Shown in pieces: positions 49,893 to 60,453 of a stretch of DNA of 64,000 bases. The position numbers were made by a program, and so were the translations under genes. Position 1 is the first letter of the stretch. Each line of letters begins with the position of its first letter. Under the pieces are notes generated by a model. It saw nothing but the letters and a program-made list of their open reading frames with translations, was not told the origin of the DNA and searched no databases. Origin of the DNA: Verrucomicrobiota bacterium (GTDB taxonomy: Bacteria > Verrucomicrobiota > Verrucomicrobiia > Limisphaerales > UBA11358); contig JBEKMT010000008.1 of the NCBI GenBank assembly GCA_050008355.1, positions 3,568 to 67,567 of the forward strand, in the 5' to 3' direction.

Positions 49893-52775
49893 ATGTCTTT
49901 GACACAAAATTATTTGTCCCATCCTGACCACTTTGTCCGCCGTCATATCGGCCCGAACGCTGATGAAACCCAAGAGATGCTCGCGCTCCTGGGCCGGAAG
50001 AATCTGAACGAGTTGATTGACGCCGCCGTGCCCAAGCAAATCCGCACGCAAAAACAATTGAAACTGCCGGCCGCGCGTAGTGAGTTTGAGGCACTCGCCG
50101 AACTGAAACGCATTGCCTCTGAAAATCAGGTGTTCCGCTCGTTCATCGGCCAGGGCTATTACGACACTATCACGCCACCGGTCATCCAGCGAAGTGTCCT
50201 GGAAAATCCCGGCTGGTACACCCAATACACACCGTATCAAGCCGAAATCTCCCAAGGCCGGCTCGAATCGTTGCTGAACTTCCAGACCATGGTCACCGAC
50301 TTGACCGCGCTGGATATCGCCAATGCCTCGCTGCTGGATGAAGCCACCGCCGCCGCCGAAGCCATGACCATGTCCCACCGGCTCAAAGATGGCCGCAATG
50401 TGTTCTTCATTTCTGAAGCATGCCATCCACAAACCATCAAAGTCGTTTCCAGTCGCGCCGACGCTTTGGGAATCGAAGTCGTGGTTGGCAATCATGAATC
50501 GTTTGTGCCCGATGAGAAAGTCTTCGGCGCCCTCGTGCAATATCCCGATACGTTCGGGGCCATTCGCGACTATTCCAGCTTTGCCGAAAAGGTTCACGCC
50601 GCCGGTGTCATTTTCACGGTGGCCACGGATTTGCTCGCGCTGACCCTGATCAAACCGCCTGGTGAATTCGGCGCGGACATTGCCATTGGCAGCGCGCAAC
50701 GATTCGGCGTTCCGCTCGGTTATGGCGGACCGCACGCCGCCTTTTTCGCGACGCGTGATGAATTCAAGCGCCATATGCCCGGTCGCATCGTTGGCGTGTC
50801 CCGGGATTCTCGCGGAAAACCCGCTTTGCGCCTGGCCCTGGGCACCCGCGAACAACATATCCGCCGCGAAAAGGCCACGAGCAACATCTGCACCGCGCAG
50901 GCATTGCTGGCGAATATGGCTTCGCTTTACGCCGTTTATCACGGCCCACATGGGCTGAAGAAAATTGCCAAGCGTGTGCATGTCCTCGCCAAACAATTCG
51001 CAGCGGCGGTCATCGCCAAGGGTTTTACCGTCGCTTACGCCGAGTACTTCGACACGGTTAATGTGGAATGTCCGACAACCCAACAAAGAGACGCGATTAT
51101 GCAAAAGGCTGCGGATCGACGAATCAACCTGCGAGCGCACGGCCAAAACCTCATCCTGGTATCGTTCGACGAGACAACAACGGGCGCCATACTTTCCGAA
51201 TTGATTTCCAGTTTCAGCGGCAATCCGGCTGAACCATTGGCTCTCGAAAAAAGTTTCGAGGAAATGCCAGTTGGTTTCCGTGATCATTTCGTCCGCAGCT
51301 CCCCTTTTCTCCGGCATTCGGTCTTCAACCGCTATCACAGCGAAACCGAAATGCTTCGCTACATCAAGCGCTTGGAATCGCGCGATCTCTCGCTCACCGC
51401 ATCAATGATTCCGCTCGGTTCCTGCACCATGAAGCTCAACGCAGCGGCGGAAATGTTTCCCGTTTCGTGGCCGGAATTCGCAAGGATACATCCATTCGCA
51501 CCGCTCAGCCAGGCGCGCGGATATCAGATACTGTTTCAAAACCTCGAAGACTGGCTGGAAGAGATCACCGGTTTCGCGGGAATTTCATTGCAACCGAATG
51601 CCGGTTCCCAGGGTGAATATGCCGGCCTGCTCGTGATCCGGGCCTATCACGGGTCGCGCGGCGAGGCGCACCGAAACGTGTGTTTGATCCCCACTTCCGC
51701 GCACGGCACCAATCCGGCGAGCGCGATCATGGCCGGAATGAAGGTGGTCGCCGTCGCCTGCGACGCGAACGGCAATATTGATGTCGCCGATTTGCGAACC
51801 AAGGCTGAATCCCACAAAAGTGATTTGTCCTGTCTGATGGTGACTTATCCAAGTACGCACGGCGTCTTCGAGGAAACCATCCGTGAAATTTGCGACATCA
51901 TTCACGCGCAAGGCGGCCAGGTGTATATGGATGGCGCCAACATGAACGCACAAGTCGGCTTGACTTCGCCCGGCTTCATTGGCGCAGACGTCTGCCACCT
52001 GAACCTGCACAAGACCTTCTGCATTCCACACGGCGGCGGCGGACCGGGAATCGGGCCGATTGGTGTGGCGAAACATCTTGTTCCCTTTCTTCCCAGCCAT
52101 CCCGTCTTCACCGCCCGGCTCGGAGAAAACGAAAATTCAAAATTGCACATCGGTCCTGTCGCCGCTGCGCCATGGGGCAGCGCAGGAATTCTGCCGATCT
52201 CCTGGATGTACATCGCCATGATGGGCGCGGATGGACTGACCGAGGCAACCCAATATGCGATCCTCAACGCGAATTACATCGCCGCCCGGTTGGAAAAATA
52301 TTTTCCAACCCTCTACCGCAGCAATGGGCTGGTCGCCCACGAATGCATCCTGGACCTCCGCGCATTCCATCAGACCACCGCCGAGGACGTGGCGAAACGA
52401 TTGATGGATTATGGTTTTCATGCACCAACGTTAAGCTGGCCGGTCGCCGGCACGCTCATGGTCGAGCCGACCGAGAGTGAATCGAAATATGAATTGGACC
52501 GCTTCTGCGACGCGATGATTTCCATCCACGCGGAAATGACGATGATTGAAAGCGGCGCCACGGATACCAAAAATAATCTGCTCAAGAATGCGCCGCACAC
52601 GGCGGACCAGATCGCCAGCGACAACTGGAACCACCCTTATTCACGCGCACAGGCGGCGTTTCCAGCGAAGAGCCTGCACGATTACAAATTCTGGCCGCAC
52701 GTCGCCCGCGTGGACAACGTCTTTGGCGACCGCAATCCGGTTTGTTCGTGCGCGGGGATGGAGAATTATTCGTAG
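49893..52775 (+). CDS. gcvP: Glycine dehydrogenase (decarboxylating), P-protein of the glycine cleavage system
   Basis: 960 aa in a single chain. The N-terminus is [17 protein letters not shown]. The PLP-lysine context is [19 protein letters not shown]. Confidence 0.96.
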   Translation: MSLTQNYLSHPDHFVRRHIGPNADETQEMLALLGRKNLNELIDAAVPKQIRTQKQLKLPAARSEFEALAELKRIASENQVFRSFIGQGYYDTITPPVIQRSVLENPGWYTQYTPYQAEISQGRLESLLNFQTMVTDLTALDIANASLLDEATAAAEAMTMSHRLKDGRNVFFISEACHPQTIKVVSSRADALGIEVVVGNHESFVPDEKVFGALVQYPDTFGAIRDYSSFAEKVHAAGVIFTVATDLLALTLIKPPGEFGADIAIGSAQRFGVPLGYGGPHAAFFATRDEFKRHMPGRIVGVSRDSRGKPALRLALGTREQHIRREKATSNICTAQALLANMASLYAVYHGPHGLKKIAKRVHVLAKQFAAAVIAKGFTVAYAEYFDTVNVECPTTQQRDAIMQKAADRRINLRAHGQNLILVSFDETTTGAILSELISSFSGNPAEPLALEKSFEEMPVGFRDHFVRSSPFLRHSVFNRYHSETEMLRYIKRLESRDLSLTASMIPLGSCTMKLNAAAEMFPVSWPEFARIHPFAPLSQARGYQILFQNLEDWLEEITGFAGISLQPNAGSQGEYAGLLVIRAYHGSRGEAHRNVCLIPTSAHGTNPASAIMAGMKVVAVACDANGNIDVADLRTKAESHKSDLSCLMVTYPSTHGVFEETIREICDIIHAQGGQVYMDGANMNAQVGLTSPGFIGADVCHLNLHKTFCIPHGGGGPGIGPIGVAKHLVPFLPSHPVFTARLGENENSKLHIGPVAAAPWGSAGILPISWMYIAMMGADGLTEATQYAILNANYIAARLEKYFPTLYRSNGLVAHECILDLRAFHQTTAEDVAKRLMDYGFHAPTLSWPVAGTLMVEPTESESKYELDRFCDAMISIHAEMTMIESGATDTKNNLLKNAPHTADQIASDNWNHPYSRAQAAFPAKSLHDYKFWPHVARVDNVFGDRNPVCSCAGMENYS

Positions 52776-52992
52776 TCGGAACCATGTTTCAGGTTAACCG
52801 CGAAATTGCAGAACTGCGGCAGTGCAGTAAACGTGCAGGCGTGTAAGCACCGAAAACATGCCTCCCTGGCGCCAGAGAAAGCTAAGACAGCAACCTCCAA
52901 AGTTGACGGGTGCGTTGTGGGTGGCGATTTAGTCTGTGTGGTTTCTCTCCCAACCGTGATTGGCCATGGATTTATTTAAACTGATTTAGGAA

Positions 52993-53757
52993 TTATTTGA
53001 TCTCGATTCCGAGCGGGCAATGGTCGCTGCCGAGGATTTTGGGCAGGATAAACGATTTCTTCAGGCGCGGGCGGAGCGACTTTGAAATAAGGAAATAGTC
53101 AATGCGCCAGCCGATATTCCGGGCGCGCGCGCCGGACATCGGGCTCCACCAGGTGTAGTGTCCCCCGCCTTTTTCAAATTCGCGGAAAGTGTCCACAAAA
53201 CCAGCCTCCACGAACGCGGTGAAGCCGCTGCGCTCCTCAATGGTAAAACCGTGATTGCGAACGTTGGCCTTTGGGTTGGCAAGATCGATCTCGGTATGCG
53301 CCACGTTTAAATCACCGCAAAAGATCACCGGTTTCTTCTTCTCCAGACGCTTCAAATACTTTAGAAAATCGACGTCCCATTGCTGGCGGTAAGGCAGACG
53401 CTCCAATTCACGCTTGGAATTCGGCACATAAGCGTTTACGAGGAAGAAATCCTTGAATTCGGCGGTCAGTACGCGGCCTTCCTGGTCGTGCTCAGTGACG
53501 CCAATGTGCGGCTCGACTTTCAACGGACGTTCCTTTGTGAAGATCGCTGTGCCGGAATAACCCTTCTTCTGCGCGCTGTTCCAGTAGGTCGCATAGTGGC
53601 GCGGCCAAAGTTGCTCCACCTGGTCAGGCGTGCACTTGGTTTCCTGCAGACAAAGGATGTCGGGCTTTTCCGCATCAAGAAATTCTAGAAAATTTTTCTT
53701 CAAGACGGCGCGCAGGCCGTTGACGTTCCAGGAAATCAGTTTCACAGGCGAAAGCAT
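52993..53757 (-). CDS. xth: Exodeoxyribonuclease III
   Basis: It reads MLSPVKLISWNVNGLRAV...LCLQETK...GSDHCPLGIEI. The start was chosen at the ATG at 53757 (M21 of the ORF-track translation, whose own start is GTG). Confidence 0.9.
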   Translation of the reverse strand: MLSPVKLISWNVNGLRAVLKKNFLEFLDAEKPDILCLQETKCTPDQVEQLWPRHYATYWNSAQKKGYSGTAIFTKERPLKVEPHIGVTEHDQEGRVLTAEFKDFFLVNAYVPNSKRELERLPYRQQWDVDFLKYLKRLEKKKPVIFCGDLNVAHTEIDLANPKANVRNHGFTIEERSGFTAFVEAGFVDTFREFEKGGGHYTWWSPMSGARARNIGWRIDYFLISKSLRPRLKKSFILPKILGSDHCPLGIEIK

Positions 53758-53921
53758 AAACCAGGGATGAACACAGATAAATAGGGATTTGAAAGTGATG
53801 GTGTCGGCCGGTGGCACCCTTGGCCAAAGAAACGTCCATGCTCACGGCCGCGCCATCCGCGCGACCTGTTCCAACACATTGACGCAGGGCACGAACACGG
53901 CTACCTTGTTGCCAGTCGAAA

Positions 53922-54305
53922 ATGATTGCCAATCTTGCCACCAAACCCGTAACCGCGCCGAGTTTCCGCACCGGCGACGAGCGGCTCATCAAGCTCACGG
54001 AAAATGCGGCACAAAAGGTCTCTTCGCTGTTGACCCGGCAGGGCCGCCCGAACGGCGTCTTGCGAGTGGCGGTTGTCGGTGGTGGTTGCTCGGGCCTGCA
54101 GTATAAAATGGATTTGCAGGATAATCCTGCCAACCGTGACATCCTCGTCGAAAGCAGCGGCGTCCGGGTGGTCGTCGATCCCAAGAGCGCGCTTTACGTG
54201 ACCGGCAGCGAACTCGACTATATCAGCACGCTCGACGGCGGTTTCAAAGTCAAGAATCCCAATGCCGCGACCAGTTGTTCCTGCGGCGAGAGTTTCAGCG
54301 CGTAA
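53922..54305 (+). CDS. A-type iron-sulfur cluster carrier (IscA/ErpA/HesB family)
   Basis: It reads LRVAVVGGGCSGLQYKMDL...NPNAATSCSCGESFSA, which has the three conserved Cys of the HesB family. Confidence 0.9.
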   Translation: MIANLATKPVTAPSFRTGDERLIKLTENAAQKVSSLLTRQGRPNGVLRVAVVGGGCSGLQYKMDLQDNPANRDILVESSGVRVVVDPKSALYVTGSELDYISTLDGGFKVKNPNAATSCSCGESFSA

Positions 54306-54308
54306 TCA

Positions 54309-54914
54309 ATGCCTGACTATTTTGCACTCCTGAGTGAGCCACGACGCCCATGCCTCGACCTGGATCTGCTCAAACAAAAATTCCTCGATCTTTCCGGCAA
54401 ACTTCATCCCGACAAAATTCGCACTACTGACGAGAAGGAAAAAGCCCTGGCGACAAAGGCGTTCGCAGAACTAAACGCCGCTTACCATTGCCTCAAAGAT
54501 CCAAAAACGCGCCTGCTGCACCTGCTTGAACTCGAACTGGGAACGAAACCAAAAGACATCGAGCAAATTCCTGCTATCCTGGCGGATTTGTTCGCAGAAG
54601 TTGCCACCGTTTGCCGCCATTCAGACAGCTTTCTGGCTGAGAAACAGAAAGTCACTTCCCCCTTGTTGTTAGTGCAGTTTTTTGAGCGCGGACAGGATTG
54701 GATTGAGACCTTGAACGGCTTGCAAAGAAAGCTCAACGAGCTGCGCGCACGATTGCTGGACGAATTAAGGGTACTGGATGAAAAATGGACCTCCGCCAAC
54801 CACCACGCGCGCCGGGAAATTTTGACCAGACTGGAGGAACTTTACCGGCAGTTCGGCTATTTCAACCGTTGGGATAACCAGATCCAGGAACGCGTCGTCC
54901 GTCTTTCATTTTGA
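54309..54914 (+). CDS. hscB: Fe-S cluster co-chaperone HscB-like J-protein
   Basis: It has a J-domain with an HPD motif (DYFALLSEP...LSGKLHPDKIR...LNAAYHCLKDPKTRLLHLLEL) followed by a helical C-terminal domain. It starts 3 nt after the A-type carrier gene. Confidence 0.7.
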   Translation: MPDYFALLSEPRRPCLDLDLLKQKFLDLSGKLHPDKIRTTDEKEKALATKAFAELNAAYHCLKDPKTRLLHLLELELGTKPKDIEQIPAILADLFAEVATVCRHSDSFLAEKQKVTSPLLLVQFFERGQDWIETLNGLQRKLNELRARLLDELRVLDEKWTSANHHARREILTRLEELYRQFGYFNRWDNQIQERVVRLSF

Positions 54915-54929
54915 TTCTTGGGAGTGCGC

Positions 54930-57014
54930 TCACAGCGCCTTTTGATCCTGCAAACCCCCGGATTTAACATGCGGCGAATTGGAATTGAGGGTGCTCTTTC
55001 TCCGGTAAAAAGGTCTGGGTACAGGCGTGAGGTTGAGAATCACCACCGTGTGATTCTGTCCGTCGGTCGTCTGGCGCAAAAAGGAAACGACGCTGTTTTC
55101 ACGGTCGTTGCAATCAATCCAGTTGAATCCGGCATGGTCATAATCCCCCTGCCACAGGCCGGGCGACTTCGCATAGAGCCGGTTCAAATCCTCGACGAAT
55201 TTTTGCAGGCCATGGTGAAACGGCCCAGCGTCGAGCAACCACCAATCCAGCTGCCCGTTTTCATTCCATTCGGCGCGCTGGCCGATTTCACCTCCCATGA
55301 ACAAAAGCTTTTTGCCGGGAAAAAGCCATTGATAGGCGAGCAGTGTGCGAAGGTTGGCAAATTGCTGCCAGTCGTCTCCGGGCATCCGCCCGATCAATGA
55401 GCGTTTGCCATGGACAACTTCGTCGTGCGACAGGGGCAAAATGAAGTTTTCGTTGTGATGATACAGCATCGCAAACGTCAGGTCGTTCTGGTGATATTTT
55501 CGATGGACGGCATTGCGTTGAAAATAGCCAAGCGTGTCGTGCATCCAGCCCATGTTCCATTTGAAAGAAAACCCCAATCCGCCCAGGTGCGGCGGGCGGG
55601 TGACCAGCGGCCACGCGGTGGATTCCTCAGCGATGGTCACCACCCCGGGAAATTCCGTGTGGGTGATGTGGTTGAATTTTCTCAGGAACTCAATCGCCTC
55701 CAGGTTTTCGCGTCCGCCGTATTGATTCGGGATCCATTCACCCGCCTTCCGCGAGTAATCGAGGTAAAGCATTGAGGCAACGGCATCCACGCGCAATCCA
55801 TCGATATGGAAACGAGCGCACCAGAACAATGCGTTCGCCACGAGAAAATTGGAAACTTCGTTGCGACCGAAATTGAAGATCAAGGTGCCCCAATCCTGGT
55901 GCGCGCCTTTCCGCGGGTCTTCGTGCTCGAAGAGCGCCGTGCCGTCAAATTTCGCGAGCGCCCACTCGTCCCGCGGAAAGTGCGCGGGCACCCAGTCCAC
56001 GATGACGCCTATGCCCGCTTCGTGGAGTGCGTTCACGAGAAATTGAAATTCGTCCGGCGTTCCGAAGCGGCTGGTCGGCGCAAAGAAGCCGGTCACTTGA
56101 TAACCCCACGATGGATAAAACGCGTGTTCAGCCACGGGCATGAATTCCACGTGAGTAAAACCCATGCGCTTGACATAAAGCACGAGCGGCTCGGCCAATT
56201 CGCGGTAGCTCCATGATTCGTTCGCGGATTTTTTGCGCCATGAACCGACGTGGACTTCATAGATGCTCATCGGCGAACGCAGCGCATCGCGATGGCGGCG
56301 TTTCTCCAACCAGGCCCCGTCGCTCCAGGCAAATTTCCGGCTGTCCCAGACGATCGCGGCCTGCTTCGGGGCCACCTCGAAGAAAAAACCGAACGGATCA
56401 GTGTTCAATTTGATGCGGCCGTGGGCGTCGCGAATCTCAAATTTATAATGCGCCCCCTGCCCCACCCCGGGGACAAATATCTCCCAGACCCCGGAGACTC
56501 CGAGCAAGCGCATGGGATGGCACCGTCCGTCCCAGTGGTTGAAATCTCCGACCACACTGACCCGTTGCGCGTTGGGCGCCCAGACGGCAAAGCTGGTGCC
56601 CGGCACACCGTCAATCACGCGGAGCTGCGCCCCGAGCTTTTCATAAATCTTCCGTTCGTCACCCTTGCCAAAAAGATACAAATCAGACTCGCCCAGGGTC
56701 GGCAAAAAAGAAAACGCATCGCGCGTACGATGCATATTGTTCTGATGATCGGTAATGACCAAATCGTAGGCATAGACCTGACTCGCACCTTTGGTGGTAC
56801 CTTCAAATACGTCGGTCTGGGGAATCCGCGCGAGTTCAAATTGGGGTTTGGTCTTTTCGTGCACCGGTTGGACCTCCACCTTTTTTACATTTGGTAGACA
56901 CGCGCGGACAACGACCCCCGATTCCCCGCCCAGCGGATGCATTCCCAACAATGTATGCGGCGACTGATGGGTTAGCTCCACGAGGCTGCGCAATTCTTCG
57001 GGCGTGAGAATCAT
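54930..57014 (-). CDS. glgB: 1,4-alpha-glucan branching enzyme
   Basis: 694 aa with GH13 motifs: VIVDWVPAHF, DGLRVDAVASMLY, TIAEESTAWP and LPLSHDEVVHGK. Confidence 0.95.
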   Translation of the reverse strand: MILTPEELRSLVELTHQSPHTLLGMHPLGGESGVVVRACLPNVKKVEVQPVHEKTKPQFELARIPQTDVFEGTTKGASQVYAYDLVITDHQNNMHRTRDAFSFLPTLGESDLYLFGKGDERKIYEKLGAQLRVIDGVPGTSFAVWAPNAQRVSVVGDFNHWDGRCHPMRLLGVSGVWEIFVPGVGQGAHYKFEIRDAHGRIKLNTDPFGFFFEVAPKQAAIVWDSRKFAWSDGAWLEKRRHRDALRSPMSIYEVHVGSWRKKSANESWSYRELAEPLVLYVKRMGFTHVEFMPVAEHAFYPSWGYQVTGFFAPTSRFGTPDEFQFLVNALHEAGIGVIVDWVPAHFPRDEWALAKFDGTALFEHEDPRKGAHQDWGTLIFNFGRNEVSNFLVANALFWCARFHIDGLRVDAVASMLYLDYSRKAGEWIPNQYGGRENLEAIEFLRKFNHITHTEFPGVVTIAEESTAWPLVTRPPHLGGLGFSFKWNMGWMHDTLGYFQRNAVHRKYHQNDLTFAMLYHHNENFILPLSHDEVVHGKRSLIGRMPGDDWQQFANLRTLLAYQWLFPGKKLLFMGGEIGQRAEWNENGQLDWWLLDAGPFHHGLQKFVEDLNRLYAKSPGLWQGDYDHAGFNWIDCNDRENSVVSFLRQTTDGQNHTVVILNLTPVPRPFYRRKSTLNSNSPHVKSGGLQDQKAL

Positions 57015-57290
57015 AAAATTGAAGTTAAATTAACAAATTATTTTTGAAAGCACGACAAGGAAACGCATAATTTAGAATGGCGGCATCGCTTCATCTGCGA
57101 GAGTGGTCATTTCTTTTTGCCCGGCAGCCGGAATTGAAAAACGGGTCAGCCGGCCCGACCGTTCGACGTCATGACACGAACTGCTACTCATCTTAACCAA
57201 GTTTTTCGCGAAGGCTGTCCTTCTTTGCTTCACCGCCGTGAACATGGTTCAAGGCGGGCGATAATGCAACTTTTTCCGGCCGGCCGGACC

Positions 57291-57878
57291 CTATAAACGT
57301 TCCCAAACCCGCGAAACCTGCTGTTCATGAACAGCGGTCAGCCCTTCCGTCCAGATGACAAAATGGGAGCGGACGATTTTTTGTTCGACTGGCATCTGGG
57401 CGGCGATTCGCCGCCGGATTTGTTCGGGATCCCAACCACGTCCGCGCAGGCGTTCGTGCTGGGCTGCAGGCGAACACGCGGCGCAAATGACTTTTTCGAA
57501 AACAGTTTGCGCCTGTGTTTCGAACAGCAACGGAATGACCACCAGCGCCAGCCGATGATTCTCCGCCCTCCAAACTTCAATTTGCCTCGACCAACCCTCG
57601 CGGACGCGCGGGTGTAGAATGCTTTCGAGCTTTTTGCGGGCGAGTTCGTCACCAAATACGATGCGGGCAAGTTCAGCGCGTTTCAATTCACCGCCGGCCG
57701 CAATGACTTCTTTGCCAAATTGTTCTCCGATTTCGAGCAGCGCCGGCTGGCCCGGCTGGACCAATCGGCGGGCGATTTCATCCGTGTCCACAACCCTCGC
57801 CCCAAGCTTCAAAAAGAAACCGGCGGCAGTGGATTTTCCCATCCCCACGCCGCCGGTCAAACCGCAAACTTTCATCAA
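57291..57878 (-). CDS. coaE: Dephospho-CoA kinase
   Basis: 195 aa. The P-loop is GLTGGVGMGKST. The fold-typical stretch VVIPLLFE is present. Confidence 0.9.
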   Translation of the reverse strand: MMKVCGLTGGVGMGKSTAAGFFLKLGARVVDTDEIARRLVQPGQPALLEIGEQFGKEVIAAGGELKRAELARIVFGDELARKKLESILHPRVREGWSRQIEVWRAENHRLALVVIPLLFETQAQTVFEKVICAACSPAAQHERLRGRGWDPEQIRRRIAAQMPVEQKIVRSHFVIWTEGLTAVHEQQVSRVWERL

Positions 57879-57891
57879 AACAGATTAATTA

Positions 57892-60345
57892 CTAAGGTCC
57901 CGCCACCACGCGGTAGAACCGGCTCGAATAGCCGGACGCGTTCGGGTCCACGAAATTGAACGGCGAAATATACGGGGCCGGGTTGGTATAGATAGGCACC
58001 CAATCCAAGAGATTAGTGGACGCCTGGATGATGTATTCCTGCCCGGATTGGCCGGTGACGGTAAATTGGAAGGTTCCGCCTGTGCCAGTCAAGCTGCCGG
58101 AAAGTTGCGGCAGCGTGGATGTGCCGACATCGACGGTGGTCGAAGCCGAATTATCATCGGGGTTGGGATCAGGCGTATCCGAGGTTGCAATGGCATAATT
58201 AAGCAGGCTACCGGCAGAATTGGCCTGCAAAGTCACGGCTAGTTGAGCGCCGGCATTGGTGCCCAAATCGCCGACATTCCAAACGAGGTTAAATGCATTG
58301 ATTTCAACAGAACCTGTTGCGGTGCTGTCCGATACAACTGCGGTGCCGGACGGTAACGCGTCAGTAACGACAACATTGGTGGAATCCGAAGGACCATAGT
58401 TCGTTACCGTAATGAAATACGTAACATCGCCCCCGACGGGAACAAAGCTGGTCGAGTCCGTCATCGCGATGGCTACGTCAGAAGCCGAGCCAACGGGGTT
58501 GCCAGCCGTCACAGTGATCGACCAACCATTCGAGATAATTCCAGTGTTTAAGGGCTGATCATCTTGCACAAAGAGTTCCCAATTGCCATTCGGATTACTC
58601 CCGATCAACGCGCTCAAGGTGGATCCGTATGGAGGGGGAGGAGCAGACAAATGAGTGAGTGCATTGGTACCCGCTCCAGCAGTAGTGAGCTGATTGATTA
58701 AATTGGTACCGTTAGGTGATCCCAAACCAGTGCACAAGTCGTAGTTATTGGTGGCATAGAATAAATCGGGACTTTGGCTCCACGTGTTATTGCCGGTGGT
58801 GATGTCATGAAAGCAAGTGTTATAGTTTATTCCGGCAGCAATGCTGTACAGGGCAGGAGCAATAAACCCAATCGGGGCAAGACCATTATCGGTTGCCTGT
58901 TCATTAACCAATGACGTAAAACCAGCCCACAATGGTGAGGCACAACTGGTACCACCAAACATCGCCTGCTGACCGCCACCGTAAATGACCCATACATTGT
59001 CAGCAGTCATGGCCACGTCAGGAATGTCCCGCATCGTTTGCGATCCGTGACGCGCCGGCATGTCAATATTGGTCTGAAAGCTCGGGATTGAGTAGGTTGG
59101 GCTGATGCCGCCGCTGCCGCCAGCACCATCTTCCCCATATTCAATCCCCCAATTCCAAACCGTTTCCGAGGTGTAACTCGCACTCGTACCGGTGGTTAAA
59201 GTCGTGCCGCCAACCACGGTAATGTGCGGACTGTCACATGGAAATGGTATAAACCCGGTGTAGGCATCAGAATCACCAGCGGCGTTGAAGTAGGTCTGCC
59301 CCTGAAGGGCCATCTGTTGAAAAATCTGTTCAGCCACTGGATCCGGCTCGCCTCCAGCCCACGAAGCGCTGATTTGCTTGGCCACGTTGTCGCTGACCAT
59401 TCGATTCAAAATATCCTCCCAAGGGCTGGGATTGGGTGCTTCATACAAATATATGTTTGCAACGCCGGGTGACATCGAGAGAATCATTTCGATATCCAGA
59501 GATACTTCCGGGTTACCAATGGGTGTCGGAGTTGGAACCCCGCCGTCGATCGGCACCACGACTAGTTTTGGCCCGCTGGTCAGACCAATTAGATTTTCAT
59601 AAGCCTGAATATCACTGGGATAGAATCCGTCAAACTGCAACAAAGCTACATTTTGTCCGGTGCCGGTCAGCGTTGCCCCTGGAGCATAAGCGTTGCGAAA
59701 ATCCTTGCCCGCGTACGATCCACCAGGTGCTGAACCAACGGCCGGCGTCGCACTCGCTTTTTGGCCAAGTGACTTCATTTTAAAATTCGGGTGGGGAATA
59801 TAATAGTTATCCAGACCGGCTATGTGCAAAATCGGGATGGACGAATCAACGGACGGCTCGCCATCCGGCGCAAAAAAGTCCCGCGCCTCGGTCGGGTGCC
59901 GGTACTTGTGAAAGGTGACATGAAACGCCTTTTGGACGTCCGAAACATTGCCGGTCACGTCCACCAACATGCGGTTGGAATAGGTTCCGGACAGGGTCAA
60001 GCCGTTGATTTTGGCAAAATCGATCACCGACTGGTAATCCTGTTCACTCGGGCCGAACTGCGCCGTGAACTCATCCGGAGTCAGGTACTTATGGTAACTG
60101 GGGCTGGCTGGATCATAAACCTGCCGCAGCAGGTTGGAAAGCGCTGCAGTGTTCCTCAACGGCAGCCCGATCGCCAGGATCAGCTTGTTCGTTTCTGGCA
60201 GGAGTGCCTCAGGACGCAGGCGCGAGACCGCCACCGGTACATGACCGGGTATCGTCACCAAAGCGGCACTTGCCGCCGGTTCCGTAAAAATGGCGCCACC
60301 GGACAGAAGCAAAGCCAGGCCGATTTTTAATAAATTCTTCCTCAT
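57892..60345 (-). CDS. Secreted S53 (sedolisin/kumamolisin-type) peptidase with extra C-terminal domains and FYRV module
   Basis: It has a signal peptide. The pro-kumamolisin activation region is VYDPASPSYHKYLTPDEFTAQFGPSEQDY. The catalytic Ser context is FGGTSCASPLWAG. A P-domain-like stretch (SNPNGNWELFVQDD...NGWSITV) and a DUF11-like repeat (VTYFITVTNYGPSDSTNVVVTDALP) follow. The tail is ...IIQASTNLLDWVPI...SSRFYRVVAGP. Confidence 0.85.
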   Translation of the reverse strand: MRKNLLKIGLALLLSGGAIFTEPAASAALVTIPGHVPVAVSRLRPEALLPETNKLILAIGLPLRNTAALSNLLRQVYDPASPSYHKYLTPDEFTAQFGPSEQDYQSVIDFAKINGLTLSGTYSNRMLVDVTGNVSDVQKAFHVTFHKYRHPTEARDFFAPDGEPSVDSSIPILHIAGLDNYYIPHPNFKMKSLGQKASATPAVGSAPGGSYAGKDFRNAYAPGATLTGTGQNVALLQFDGFYPSDIQAYENLIGLTSGPKLVVVPIDGGVPTPTPIGNPEVSLDIEMILSMSPGVANIYLYEAPNPSPWEDILNRMVSDNVAKQISASWAGGEPDPVAEQIFQQMALQGQTYFNAAGDSDAYTGFIPFPCDSPHITVVGGTTLTTGTSASYTSETVWNWGIEYGEDGAGGSGGISPTYSIPSFQTNIDMPARHGSQTMRDIPDVAMTADNVWVIYGGGQQAMFGGTSCASPLWAGFTSLVNEQATDNGLAPIGFIAPALYSIAAGINYNTCFHDITTGNNTWSQSPDLFYATNNYDLCTGLGSPNGTNLINQLTTAGAGTNALTHLSAPPPPYGSTLSALIGSNPNGNWELFVQDDQPLNTGIISNGWSITVTAGNPVGSASDVAIAMTDSTSFVPVGGDVTYFITVTNYGPSDSTNVVVTDALPSGTAVVSDSTATGSVEINAFNLVWNVGDLGTNAGAQLAVTLQANSAGSLLNYAIATSDTPDPNPDDNSASTTVDVGTSTLPQLSGSLTGTGGTFQFTVTGQSGQEYIIQASTNLLDWVPIYTNPAPYISPFNFVDPNASGYSSRFYRVVAGP

Positions 60346-60453
60346 AAAACCTGTTCAAATTCAAGCTGGTGCGTCGCGCTGCAAATCAACCTCCCGGATG
60401 CCCCGCGGATCACCGGGAACAAGACAAAGCATTTTATCTCTGTTTTCATTTTA

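Noticed and set aside
49839-51338. A 499-aa minus-strand ORF overlapping gcvP.
   Set aside because: It is antisense to a near-perfect GcvP sequence. Its translation is low-complexity (R, G, A, D rich) and has no recognisable domain.
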